This document shows, piece by piece, positions 48,061 through 64,000 of a stretch of 64,000 nt of DNA. Source of the stretch: Escherichia coli (GTDB lineage: Bacteria > Pseudomonadota > Gammaproteobacteria > Enterobacterales > Enterobacteriaceae); the NCBI RefSeq assembly GCF_050920415.1, contig NZ_CP169309.1, one strand, 5' to 3'. Positions within the stretch are counted from its first letter, which is position 1. Every line of letters starts with the position of its first letter. The position numbers were made by a program, and so were the translations under genes. A model generated the notes under the pieces. The model saw nothing but the letters and a program-made list of their open reading frames with translations, ran no database searches and was not told the origin of the DNA.

Positions 48061-48099
48061 ATCAGCCTGATTTCTCAGGCTGCAACCGGAAGGGTTGGC

Positions 48100-48465
<366 letters not shown>

Positions 48466-48531
48466 TTAAATTGTTCCTGAATATCAGAATAAGTTTATAC
48501 GTAAGCGAATGCGTTAAAAAGATAACTGCGA

Positions 48532-49029
48532 TTAAGCAGCTTCTTTCGCATCGCGTACAGCAGCCAGAGTACGAACCAGTTTGCCAGCCGAAGCTTCTTT
48601 CATGGTTGCCATCAGGCGTGCAATTGCTTCTTCGTAGGTCGGCAGAGTTGCCAGGCGGTCGATCTGAGACGCCGGGATCAGCTCACCTTCAAAGGCAGCG
48701 GCTTTGACCTCAAATTTTGCATTCGCTTTCGCGAACTCTTTGAACAGACGAGCAGCTGCGCCCGGGTGTTCCATAGAGTATGCAATCAGGGTCGGACCAA
48801 CAAACGCGTCTTTCAGGCACTCGAACGGAGTACCTTCAACAGCACGGCGCAGCAGGGTGTTACGAACAACACGCATGTATACGCCAGCTTCGCGACCTGC
48901 TTTACGCAGTTCAGTCATTTTATCTACAGTTACGCCACGGGAATCCGCAACTACTGCAGACAGCGCGCCTTTGGCTACTTCGCTGACTTCAGCAACAATC
49001 GCTTGTTTGTCTTGAAGATTTAAAGCCAT
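48532..49029 (-). CDS. rplJ: 50S ribosomal protein L10
   Basis: 165 aa [66 protein letters not shown]... Confidence 0.98.
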
Positions 49030-49441
49030 TAGCTTTGCTCCTGGATGTTTGCCAGAGAAAATCTCTGGAACTCACTTCACTCCTCCAAACGGAGAGAGCG
49101 TCTTAATTACGGTGAGCAGAAACAAGCCAGAATATAAAAGAATAATCTTAGCGTTCTGTCACCGTCTACGCAGGGGATTAAGTTTCTTGCGAAACTCCTG
49201 CGGTCTTCGACGGAGGCCTGGATAGGCCAGGCTCCAACGAACAAATCTTTTCTATCCGTCGCTATTCAGCTTGTAGCGGCGTTGGCTTCCTTCGTTCGCA
49301 CCAATCACATAGTTAGCTATGCTCCTGGCGACTCACTCAGTTGCCGCCTTGCTACAACCCGAATATCTCGGATATACGTCTGCATTAAGCATTATACGTG
49401 GGGGTAAGATTGTAGACAAAATCACCGCCCACGTAAAGGCA
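49030..49441 (-). promoter_or_regulatory. rplJ leader (PL10 promoter and L10-L12 autoregulatory leader)
   Basis: 412-bp untranslated region between rplA and rplJ; assignment by position and established knowledge of the operon, boundaries not mapped to specific motifs. Confidence 0.5.
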
Positions 49442-50737
<1,296 letters not shown>

Positions 50738-51283
50738 TTAGGCTTTTTCAACCTGGCTGAAGTCCAGCTCTACCGGGGTCGCACGACCGAAGATAGAAAC
50801 AGACACTTTCAGACGAGATTTCTCGTAATCCACTTCTTCAACAACACCGTTGAAGTCAGCGAACGGACCATCATTAACACGGACCATTTCACCCGGTTCA
50901 AACAACGTTTTCGGACGCGGCTTATCACCAACCTGCTGCAGGCGGTTCATAATCGCATCGACTTCTTTATCGCTGATTGGCGCAGGACGATCGGAAGTAC
51001 CGCCGATGAAGCCCATCACACGCGGTACGCTGCGCACCAGGTGCCAGCTCGCGTCGTTCATCACCATCTGAACGAGGACGTAGCCAGGGAAGAATTTACG
51101 TTCGCTTTTGCGACGCTGACCGCCACGGATTTCAACCACTTCTTCGGTTGGTACCATGACTTCACCAAACAAATCTTCCATGTTGTGTAATTTGATATGC
51201 TCACGCAGCGACGTTGCTACGCGGCCTTCAAAACCGGAAAACGCCTGAACGACGTACCAGCGCTTTTTAGGAGCTTCAGACAT
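50738..51283 (-). CDS. nusG: Transcription termination/antitermination factor NusG
   Basis: 181 aa [52 protein letters not shown]... Confidence 0.97.
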
Positions 51284-51284
51284 C

Positions 51285-51668
51285 TCAGAACCTCAGGCCA
51301 GTGATAAAGGATACCAGGCGAACCAGAATACCATCCAGTCCCCACAGGATCAGTGACATTACTGCGGTAACCGCAGCCACAATCAGCGTGGTGTGCAATG
51401 TTTCCTGGCGAGTCGGCCAAATGACCTTACGGACTTCGGTACGCGCTTCACGGGCAAAAGCAACGGTTGCTTTTCCTTTTGTCGTTAACAGCGCGACACC
51501 ACCCGCTGCAGCAATCAGAATTACTACGGCCAGCGCACGCAGCGGCAGCATAATGTCGCGATAAAGGTAGTTGCCGACAATTGCTACCAGGAGCAATGCC
51601 ACCACAACGACCCACTTCATCGCTTCCAGGCCGCGCCCGCTTCCTTGAGCTTCGGTATTCGCACTCAT
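51285..51668 (-). CDS. secE: Preprotein translocase subunit SecE
   Basis: 127 aa with three transmembrane segments; 1 nt before the nusG start. Confidence 0.96.
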
Positions 51669-51837
51669 AAACCAACCTGTCAGAAGTATTCTACAAACAT
51701 TTTCACCCCGCGATCGCGAGGCAAACCAAATCGAAACGCGTATTAGCTTTTCGGATTATACGCCCTCAACAGAGCCTGTCTCAGCAATGATTATGACAAA
51801 GAAAATCACTGATGAGCCAGGTTCTGGTACGAAAGCG

Positions 51838-51864
51838 TGCAAAAAGGGCATCAAATGATGCCCT
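51838..51864 (-). terminator. tufB terminator
   Basis: Minus-strand stem agggcatcatttgatgccct followed by UUUUU, about 35 nt after the tufB stop. Confidence 0.75.
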
Positions 51865-51897
51865 TTTAGTGCGCATTGCGTCAAATGTTATCGGCAA

Positions 51898-53118
<1,221 letters not shown>

Positions 53119-53196
53119 TCACCACATCAACCAGGCAACATGCCCGACTTGTTGAATGCAATAAACAGAAGGAAAAAACAGGGAGGAGAAAAGAAG

Positions 53197-53272
53197 TGGT
53201 GCTGATAGGCAGATTCGAACTGCCGACCTCACCCTTACCAAGGGTGCGCTCTACCAACTGAGCTATATCAGC
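53197..53272 (-). tRNA. thrT: tRNA-Thr (GGU)
   Basis: 76 nt; reverse complement GCTGATATAGCTCAGTTGGTAGAGCGCACCCTTGGTAAGGGTGAGGTCGGCAGTTCGAATCTGCCTATCAGCACCA. Confidence 0.95.
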
Positions 53273-53278
53273 ACATCT

Positions 53279-53353
<75 letters not shown>

Positions 53354-53469
53354 ATCCTGGAACTCGGCTACCTGATTTTCATTCTGCACTGAATATCGAG
53401 AGAAGCTCTCTTTATTCGAGCCGGTAAGCGAACTTATCGTCTCGGGCTACGCCATCGCGTGGCCGAAAT

Positions 53470-53554
<85 letters not shown>

Positions 53555-53562
53555 GGACTTGA

Positions 53563-53638
<76 letters not shown>

Positions 53639-53652
53639 ATCAAGTAGCGCGC

Positions 53653-53681
53653 ATTCTATGGAGACATGCGAGTTCATGCAA
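53653..53681 (-). promoter_or_regulatory. Promoter of the thrU-tyrU-glyT-thrT-tufB operon
   Basis: Minus strand -35 TTGCAT, 17-bp spacer, -10 TAGAAT, GCGCGC discriminator typical of stringently controlled stable-RNA promoters; AT-rich UP-like tract upstream. Confidence 0.6.
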
Positions 53682-53999
53682 CTAAAAAATTGCATAATTT
53701 GTTTTATTGGTCACATTTTATGCGACACGATGAAGAAACAGTCGAACAGAGGGCAAATTAGCACACTTTTTCAACATCATTGTTCTCAACAATGCGCTCC
53801 TTCTAAAGCGCAATTCTTTTTATCAGATGGAATATCTGTCACATTGCTTTTCAACGATAGCTTCCTGGGAGAGATTTTTTCTTATTATTCCTCCCCATCT
53901 GGTGTTACCCTCCTGCCCATTAACCCATTCAACAGAACTGTGACGCGCCATGGCAAATATCGTTTTGCCGATAGAGCTATGACCGCCAGAAACATGCTT

Positions 54000-54950
54000 A
54001 TGAGTATAAAAGAGCAAACGTTAATGACGCCTTACCTACAGTTTGACCGCAACCAGTGGGCAGCTCTGCGTGATTCCGTACCTATGACGTTATCGGAAGA
54101 TGAGATCGCCCGTCTCAAAGGTATTAATGAAGATCTCTCGTTAGAAGAAGTTGCCGAGATCTATTTACCTCTGTCACGTTTGCTGAACTTCTATATAAGC
54201 TCGAATCTGCGCCGTCAGGCAGTTCTGGAACAGTTTCTTGGTACCAACGGGCAACGCATTCCTTACATTATCAGTATCGCAGGTAGCGTCGCGGTGGGGA
54301 AAAGTACAACCGCCCGTGTATTGCAGGCACTATTAAGCCGTTGGCCGGAGCATCGTCGTGTTGAGCTGATCACTACAGATGGCTTCCTTCACCCTAATCA
54401 GGTGCTGAAAGAACGTGGTCTGATGAAGAAGAAAGGCTTCCCGGAATCGTATGATATGCATCGCCTGGTGAAGTTTGTTTCCGATCTCAAATCCGGCGTG
54501 CCAAACGTTACGGCACCTGTTTACTCGCATCTTATTTATGATGTGATCCCGGATGGAGATAAAACGGTTGTTCAGCCTGATATTTTAATTCTTGAAGGGT
54601 TAAATGTCTTACAGAGCGGGATGGATTATCCACACGATCCACATCATGTTTTTGTTTCTGATTTTGTCGATTTTTCGATATATGTTGATGCACCGGAAGA
54701 CTTACTTCAGACGTGGTATATCAACCGTTTCCTGAAATTCCGCGAAGGGGCTTTTACAGACCCGGATTCCTATTTTCATAACTACGCGAAATTAACTAAA
54801 GAAGAAGCGATTAACACTGCCATGACATTGTGGAAAGAGATCAACTGGCTGAACTTAAAGCAAAATATTCTACCTACTCGTGAGCGCGCCAGTTTAATCC
54901 TGACAAAGAGTGCTAATCACGCGGTAGAAGAGGTCAGACTACGCAAATAA
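54000..54950 (+). CDS. coaA: Pantothenate kinase (type I)
   Basis: Start placed at [20 protein letters not shown] (316 aa), the conserved CoaA N-terminus; P-loop GSVAVGKST. Track ORF is extended 114 codons upstream across the tRNA promoter. Confidence 0.93.
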   Translation: MSIKEQTLMTPYLQFDRNQWAALRDSVPMTLSEDEIARLKGINEDLSLEEVAEIYLPLSRLLNFYISSNLRRQAVLEQFLGTNGQRIPYIISIAGSVAVGKSTTARVLQALLSRWPEHRRVELITTDGFLHPNQVLKERGLMKKKGFPESYDMHRLVKFVSDLKSGVPNVTAPVYSHLIYDVIPDGDKTVVQPDILILEGLNVLQSGMDYPHDPHHVFVSDFVDFSIYVDAPEDLLQTWYINRFLKFREGAFTDPDSYFHNYAKLTKEEAINTAMTLWKEINWLNLKQNILPTRERASLILTKSANHAVEEVRLRK

Positions 54951-54953
54951 TTT

Positions 54954-54985
54954 AAAGGGGAGCTAATGCTCCCCTTTCTTATTTT
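54954..54985. terminator. Hairpin between convergent coaA and birA
   Basis: aaaggggagc-taat-gctccccttt followed by cttattttt on the plus strand; lies in the 28-bp gap between the two stop codons. Confidence 0.65.
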
Positions 54986-55944
54986 TCTGCACTACGCAGG
55001 GATATTTCACCGCCCATCCAGGGTTTTATTATTCCATCCTGCTCAAGCAATAAAGCGCCTTGTTTGTCTATTCCGCGTGAAATGCCAAATATTTCTTTAT
55101 CACCAATGATAAGTTTCACTGGGCGATTAATAAAATTATCCAGTTTTTCCCAGCGCGACAGATAAGGTGCCAATCCTTCTTGCTCGAAGAGTTCCAGCGC
55201 CGCACGTAATTCACGTATTAGCATGGCCGCCAACGCATTACGATCGAGATTGATCCCAGCTTCCTGCAGCGTGATCCACCCCTGATTAACGATATTCTCT
55301 TCAACACGACGCATTGCCATGTTGATCCCGGCACCAATGACTATTTGCGCCGCATCGCCGGTTTTGCCAGTCAGCTCCACAAGAATACCTGCCAGCTTGC
55401 GATCCTGCAGATAGAGGTCATTCGGCCATTTAACACGAACTTTATCAGCGCCCAACTTGCGTAATACTTCCGCCATCACGATACCGATAACCAGACTTAA
55501 ACCAATCGCCGCAGCCGGGCCTTGTTCCAGACGCCAGAACATCGACAAATATAAGTTTGCGCCAAAAGGTGAAAACCATTTCCGACCTCGGCGACCACGT
55601 CCTGCCTGCTGGTATTCAGCAACGCAGGCATCACCCGATTTAAGCTCTCCGATACGATCAAGAAGGTACTGATTCGTGGAGTCAATAACTGGCAGCACGG
55701 CTACACTACCGCTATCCAGCTGACTCAATATCTGTTCAGCATTAAGTAACTGGATGGGCTCAGGCAGGCTGTATCCTTTACCCGGAACGGTAAAGACATC
55801 AACGCCCCAGTCACGCAGTGTTTGAATATGTTTATTAATGGCCGCCCGGCTCATTCCTAACGTTTCACCCAGCTGCTCACCAGAGTGAAATTCGCCATTC
55901 GCTAATAGCGTGATTAATTTTAGCGGAACGGTATTATCCTTCAT
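54979..55944 (-). CDS. birA: Biotin-protein ligase / biotin operon repressor BirA
   Basis: 321 aa [50 protein letters not shown]...; GRGRRGR biotin-binding loop. Confidence 0.96.
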   Translation of the reverse strand: MKDNTVPLKLITLLANGEFHSGEQLGETLGMSRAAINKHIQTLRDWGVDVFTVPGKGYSLPEPIQLLNAEQILSQLDSGSVAVLPVIDSTNQYLLDRIGELKSGDACVAEYQQAGRGRRGRKWFSPFGANLYLSMFWRLEQGPAAAIGLSLVIGIVMAEVLRKLGADKVRVKWPNDLYLQDRKLAGILVELTGKTGDAAQIVIGAGINMAMRRVEENIVNQGWITLQEAGINLDRNALAAMLIRELRAALELFEQEGLAPYLSRWEKLDNFINRPVKLIIGDKEIFGISRGIDKQGALLLEQDGIIKPWMGGEISLRSAEK

Positions 55945-56969
55945 GAAATCGTCTCCACTGCGCTAACTTCACCTGATGTACCAATAAAGCGAACTTCTGG
56001 CTCAAGCCAGACATTAAATTTTTCACCCACTTTCTGTCTTACATGATGTGCCAGGTGCACAATATCTTCGCTTTTTGCATTGCCTTCATTAATGAGAACT
56101 AACGCCTGTTGACGGTGTACCGCAGCCCCACCAATTTGTGTTCCTTTTAGCTGGCACTGATCGATAAGCCAACCAGCGGCCAGTTTTACTGAACCATCCG
56201 TCTGGGGATAATTTGGTGCTGTTGGAAATTGTGCCAGTAATGCTTTAGCCGTTTCGGCAGATACAACAGGGTTTTTGAAGAAACTACCGGCATTGCCATT
56301 CACTTTTGGATCAGGGAGTTTGGTGGTGCGCATATGACACACCGCATCAAATACTTGCTGTGGCGTTACGGTTGTAGGATCCAGACGAGTTAAGTCACCA
56401 TACGTTAGTACAGGTTGCCACTCTTTTGGCAGGCGCAGACCTACGGCTACAATGGCGAAGCGGTCCTGGTATTCATGTTTAAAAATACTGTCGCGATAGC
56501 CAAAACGGCACTCTTTGGCAGTTAAGCGCACTTGCTTGCCTGTCGCCAGTTCAACACAGTCAACATAAGCGCAAACTCGCTGTAATTCTACGCCATAAGC
56601 ACCAATATTCTGGATAGGTGATGAGCCGACACAACCAGGAATTAACGCCAGATTTTCCAGACCTGGCATACCTTCCTGCAAAGTGTATTTTACCAGGCGA
56701 TGCCAGTTTTCTCCGGCTCCTACATGTAAATACCACGCATCAGGTTCATCATGAATTTCGATACCTTTGATCCGGTTGATGATCACCGTGCCGCGATAGT
56801 CTTCCAGAAAAAGTACATTACTTCCTTCACCCAGAATAAGAACGGGTTGCCCTTCTGCGGTTGCATGCTGCCAGGCATTGAGTAGTTGTTGTTCGTCTTC
56901 GGCACATACAATGTGCTGAGCATTATGATCAATGCCAAATGTGTTCCAGGGTTTTAAGGAGTGGTTCAT
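55941..56969 (-). CDS. murB: UDP-N-acetylenolpyruvoylglucosamine reductase
   Basis: 342 aa [21 protein letters not shown]...; 4-bp overlap with the birA start. Confidence 0.96.
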   Translation of the reverse strand: MNHSLKPWNTFGIDHNAQHIVCAEDEQQLLNAWQHATAEGQPVLILGEGSNVLFLEDYRGTVIINRIKGIEIHDEPDAWYLHVGAGENWHRLVKYTLQEGMPGLENLALIPGCVGSSPIQNIGAYGVELQRVCAYVDCVELATGKQVRLTAKECRFGYRDSIFKHEYQDRFAIVAVGLRLPKEWQPVLTYGDLTRLDPTTVTPQQVFDAVCHMRTTKLPDPKVNGNAGSFFKNPVVSAETAKALLAQFPTAPNYPQTDGSVKLAAGWLIDQCQLKGTQIGGAAVHRQQALVLINEGNAKSEDIVHLAHHVRQKVGEKFNVWLEPEVRFIGTSGEVSAVETIS

Positions 56970-57059
56970 AGCTGCTTTCCTGATGCAAAAACGAGGCTAG
57001 TTTACCGTATCTGTGGGGGGATGGCTTGTAGTTATGACGACAGGAAGAGTTTGTAGAAA

Positions 57060-57089
57060 CGCAAAAAGGCCCAGTCTTCCGACTGGGCC
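57060..57089 (-). terminator. rrnB operon terminator (single hairpin)
   Basis: Minus-strand stem ggcccagtcggaagactgggcc followed by UUUUUGCG, 14 nt after the 5S gene. Confidence 0.75.
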
Positions 57090-57103
57090 TTCTGCTTAAT
57101 TTG

Positions 57104-57223
57104 ATGCCTGGCAGTTCCCTACTCTCGCATGGGGAGACCCCACACTACCATCGGCGCTACGGCGTTTCACTTCTGAGTTCGGCATGGGGTCAGGTGGGAC
57201 CACCGCGCTAAGGCCGCCAGGCA
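57104..57223 (-). rRNA. rrfB: 5S ribosomal RNA (rrnB operon)
   Basis: 120 nt, same sequence as the rrnE 5S copy. Confidence 0.95.
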
Positions 57224-57316
57224 AATTCTGTTTCATCAGACCGCTTCTGCGTTCTGATTTAATCTGTATCAGGCTGAAAATCTTCTCTCAATCCGCCAAA
57301 ACATCTTCGGCGTTGT

Positions 57317-60218
<2,902 letters not shown>

Positions 60219-60412
60219 TCACAACCCGAAAATGTTTCTTTCGATTCATCATCGTGTTGCGAAAATTTGAGAGACTCACGAACAACTTTCGTTGTTCAGT
60301 GTTTCAATTTTCAGCTTGATCCAGATTTTTAAAGAGCAAATATCTTAAACATGACTCGTAAGTCATCTTTAACGATATCAAGGTCGGCGACTTTCACTCA
60401 CAAACCAGCAAG

Positions 60413-60488
60413 TGGCGTCCCCTAGGGGATTCGAACCCCTGTTACCGCCGTGAAAGGGCGGTGTCCTGGGCCTCTAGACGAAGGGGAC
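60413..60488 (-). tRNA. gltT: tRNA-Glu (UUC) in the rrnB spacer
   Basis: 76 nt, same sequence as gltV. Confidence 0.95.
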
Positions 60489-60658
60489 ACGAAAATTGCT
60501 TATCACGCGCTGCGTGATATTTTCGTGTAGGGTGAGCTTTCATTAACAGAAAGCGAACGGCCTTATTCTCTTCAGCCTCACTCCCAACGCGTAAACGCCT
60601 TGCTATTCACTTTTCATCGACAATCTGTGTGAGCACTGCAAAGAACAGTTCTTTAAGG

Positions 60659-62200
<1,542 letters not shown>

Positions 62201-62324
62201 AAAAGTTTGATGCTCAAAGAATTAAACTTCGTAATAAATTACGTGTTCACTCTTGAGACTTGGTATTCATTTTTCGTCTTGCGACGTTAAGAATCCGTAT
62301 CTTCGAGTGCCCACACAGATTGTC

Positions 62325-62344
62325 TGATAAATTGTTAAAGAGCA
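62325..62344 (-). promoter_or_regulatory. rrnB leader boxA antitermination element
   Basis: Minus strand TGCTCTTTAACAATTTATCA. Confidence 0.8.
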
Positions 62345-62381
62345 GTGCCGCTTCGCTTTTTCTCAGCGGCGCGGGGTGTGC

Positions 62382-62409
62382 ATGATACGCTTTCCCGCTC
62401 CAGAGTCAA
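62382..62409 (-). promoter_or_regulatory. rrnB P2 promoter
   Basis: Minus strand -35 TTGACT, 16-bp spacer, -10 TATCAT. Confidence 0.65.
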
Positions 62410-62499
62410 GCATTTTTTTGCTTTTCTCTGTCGAGATTCTCAGGAGAATCTCGCTGACCCGGCGGCGTGTTTGCCGTTGTTCCGTGTCAGTGGTGGCGC

Positions 62500-62550
62500 A
62501 TTATAGGGAGTTATTCCGGCCTGACAAGAGGAAATTTAAAATAATTTTCC
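62500..62550 (-). promoter_or_regulatory. rrnB P1 promoter with UP element
   Basis: Minus strand cctcTTGTCAggccggaataactcccTATAATgcgccacc (-35, 16-bp spacer, -10, GC discriminator), preceded by the AT-rich tract ggaaaattattttaaatttcc. Confidence 0.8.
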
Positions 62551-62572
62551 GACCGCGCAACATTCAACCAAA

Positions 62573-63430
62573 TCAGTCTAAAACTGCCAGTTTTTCGAGC
62601 GTTTCGAAGCCGTAGCGCTGTAAAACGGGCAATAATTGTTCAGCTTCTGGCGTCATTGCCATACAAAAGGCAATATTCGCATCGGCGGATTTTGCATCCG
62701 GGGCTTCATGTTCTAACAACCATGCCGTTCGGCGAGCAATCGCTGCGCCAGAATCCACCAGCCGTGTTCCCTCTGGCAGCACTTGTAACAGTTCTTCTTG
62801 TAGTAGAGGGAAGTGGGTACACCCCAGAACAACGGTATCTGGTGGCTCTTTCATTCTTAACCACGGGCGCAAGATACGCTTTAGTGCATCCAGAGAAACA
62901 TCTTCGCCATGCAGCTTCGCTTCAGCCAACTCAACCATCTCTGCCGAGCCCAGCATTTCTATCTGGCATTCATTAGCGAAACGCGCGATCAGCTCATGAG
63001 TATAAGAACGTTTAACTGTTCCGCGGGTTGCCAGTAATCCGACAATGCCATTAGCTGTCAGACGTGCCGCTGGCTTAATCGCCGGCACGACACCAACAAC
63101 CGGGAAGTCGAACTTTTCGCGTAATGCAGGAAGTGAAACGGTACTGGCGGTGTTGCAAGCGACCACTGCCAGCGCAAGGGGATAGCGTTCTTGCACTGCG
63201 GTGACAATTGCCACCACTCGCTCAACAATAAACTCTTCGCTTTTTTCGCCATACGGGAAAGCGACGTTATCGAAAGCATAAATGTAATGGAGATCCGGTA
63301 AGAGATGCCGGATCTCGTCATAGACCGACAACCCACCGACGCCGGAGTCAAACACCAGCACGGTGGGACGTGGTTCAGAAGGTGTAGCTGCCAGACAAGG
63401 TGTATTCCCGTCCTGCAGTTTGGTAGCCAT
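62573..63430 (-). CDS. murI: Glutamate racemase
   Basis: Start placed at [33 protein letters not shown] (285 aa); track ORF has a 4-codon extension. The 5' end overlaps the btuB 3' end. Confidence 0.94.
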   Translation of the reverse strand: MATKLQDGNTPCLAATPSEPRPTVLVFDSGVGGLSVYDEIRHLLPDLHYIYAFDNVAFPYGEKSEEFIVERVVAIVTAVQERYPLALAVVACNTASTVSLPALREKFDFPVVGVVPAIKPAARLTANGIVGLLATRGTVKRSYTHELIARFANECQIEMLGSAEMVELAEAKLHGEDVSLDALKRILRPWLRMKEPPDTVVLGCTHFPLLQEELLQVLPEGTRLVDSGAAIARRTAWLLEHEAPDAKSADANIAFCMAMTPEAEQLLPVLQRYGFETLEKLAVLD

Positions 63431-64000
63431 AGACTGTCTCATAATCTTTGTCGAACAGGTTGGCTATTTTACCACGAACTGTCAGGTGAGAGGTGACCGG
63501 ATACGCAACCGCAAGATCCCACAAGCTCACACCGCCCATTTTCACGGTTTGATACGGCCAGGAGGAGTAATCCTTATCATAGCGAGTGCCTAAATACTGA
63601 TAAGTAATACCCCAGTCGAAGTCATACAACTGCCAGTCGAGCTGGTATTTCACCTGCTGTTTAGCACGGCGTAACAACGGCGTGTCGGTAATTGCATTGT
63701 GCGCATCGACATAATCATAACTCACAGTATGCGTCAGTGGTCCGGTATCAAAATTGGCGATCGCCTCGACGCCCTTAATTCGCGCTTTCCCTTCGTTATA
63801 GTATTTCAGGGTGTGATCATCGTAATCGATCAAGTCACTGACATCGTTACGATATCCAGAAATACGCCAGTTCACCCCAGCGGTTAAGCCTTCAAACGCG
63901 CCTTCCCACTGTTTGCTTTTCTCAGGTTCCAGATTTGGATTTCCGTAGAAGCCATACAGTTGTCCAAGATTTGGTGCCTTATAAGATGTCCCGTAGGAAG
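63375..64000 (-). CDS. btuB: Vitamin B12 outer-membrane transporter BtuB (3' portion only)
   Basis: Reading frame is open to the window end and encodes the BtuB C-terminus (...[37 protein letters not shown]...[12 protein letters not shown] with terminal Phe). The start codon lies beyond position 64000. Confidence 0.93.
   Translation of the reverse strand, partial: SYGTSYKAPNLGQLYGFYGNPNLEPEKSKQWEGAFEGLTAGVNWRISGYRNDVSDLIDYDDHTLKYYNEGKARIKGVEAIANFDTGPLTHTVSYDYVDAHNAITDTPLLRRAKQQVKYQLDWQLYDFDWGITYQYLGTRYDKDYSSWPYQTVKMGGVSLWDLAVAYPVTSHLTVRGKIANLFDKDYETVYGYQTAGREYTLSGSYTF

Noticed and set aside
53658-54950. 430-aa version of coaA beginning at 53658 ([11 protein letters not shown]...)
   Set aside because: The first 114 codons overlap the promoter of the divergent tRNA-tufB operon and do not resemble pantothenate kinase; the conserved CoaA N-terminus MSIKEQ begins at 54000.

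Overview
This window is ordinary, conserved Escherichia coli (or Shigella) core chromosome, and I find no evidence of a novel multi-gene system. Gene order matches the well-known rluF-pepE-yjbB-metH-iclR-aceKAB-metA-yjaBA-rrnE-purHD-zraRSP-hupA-nfi-hemE-nudC-rsd-thiCEFSGH-yjaZ-rpoCB-rplLJAK-nusG-secE-tufB-tRNA-coaA-birA-murB-rrnB-murI-btuB region, in reverse orientation to the usual K-12 map. It holds 47 protein-coding genes (btuB truncated at the window end), two complete rRNA operons (rrnE at 15.6-20.8 kb, rrnB at 57.1-62.2 kb) each with a spacer tRNA-Glu, and four tRNAs upstream of tufB. Every long ORF that is not one of these genes is an antisense or rRNA-internal shadow ORF. The points worth a second look are small: (1) iclR and aceK are only 16 bp apart, so the arpA gene that I recall lying between them in K-12 is absent, which with yjaA present suggests a B2-like background; (2) a 144-bp palindromic, MITE-like element sits between hemE and nfi; (3) the two rRNA operons differ by single-base deletions, three of them inside GATC or CCAGG motifs, which looks like unpolished consensus error in repeats; (4) one 23S difference is a compensatory base-pair swap, so it is probably genuine operon heterogeneity; (5) rrnB has one compact terminator rather than the tandem T1-T2 arrangement I recall for K-12; (6) a possible small RNA 3' end lies between thiH and yjaZ. 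All protein and RNA identifications rest on recognition from the translated sequence and on recalled reference sequences, not on database searches. Hand-derived coordinates for non-CDS features may be off by a few bases.
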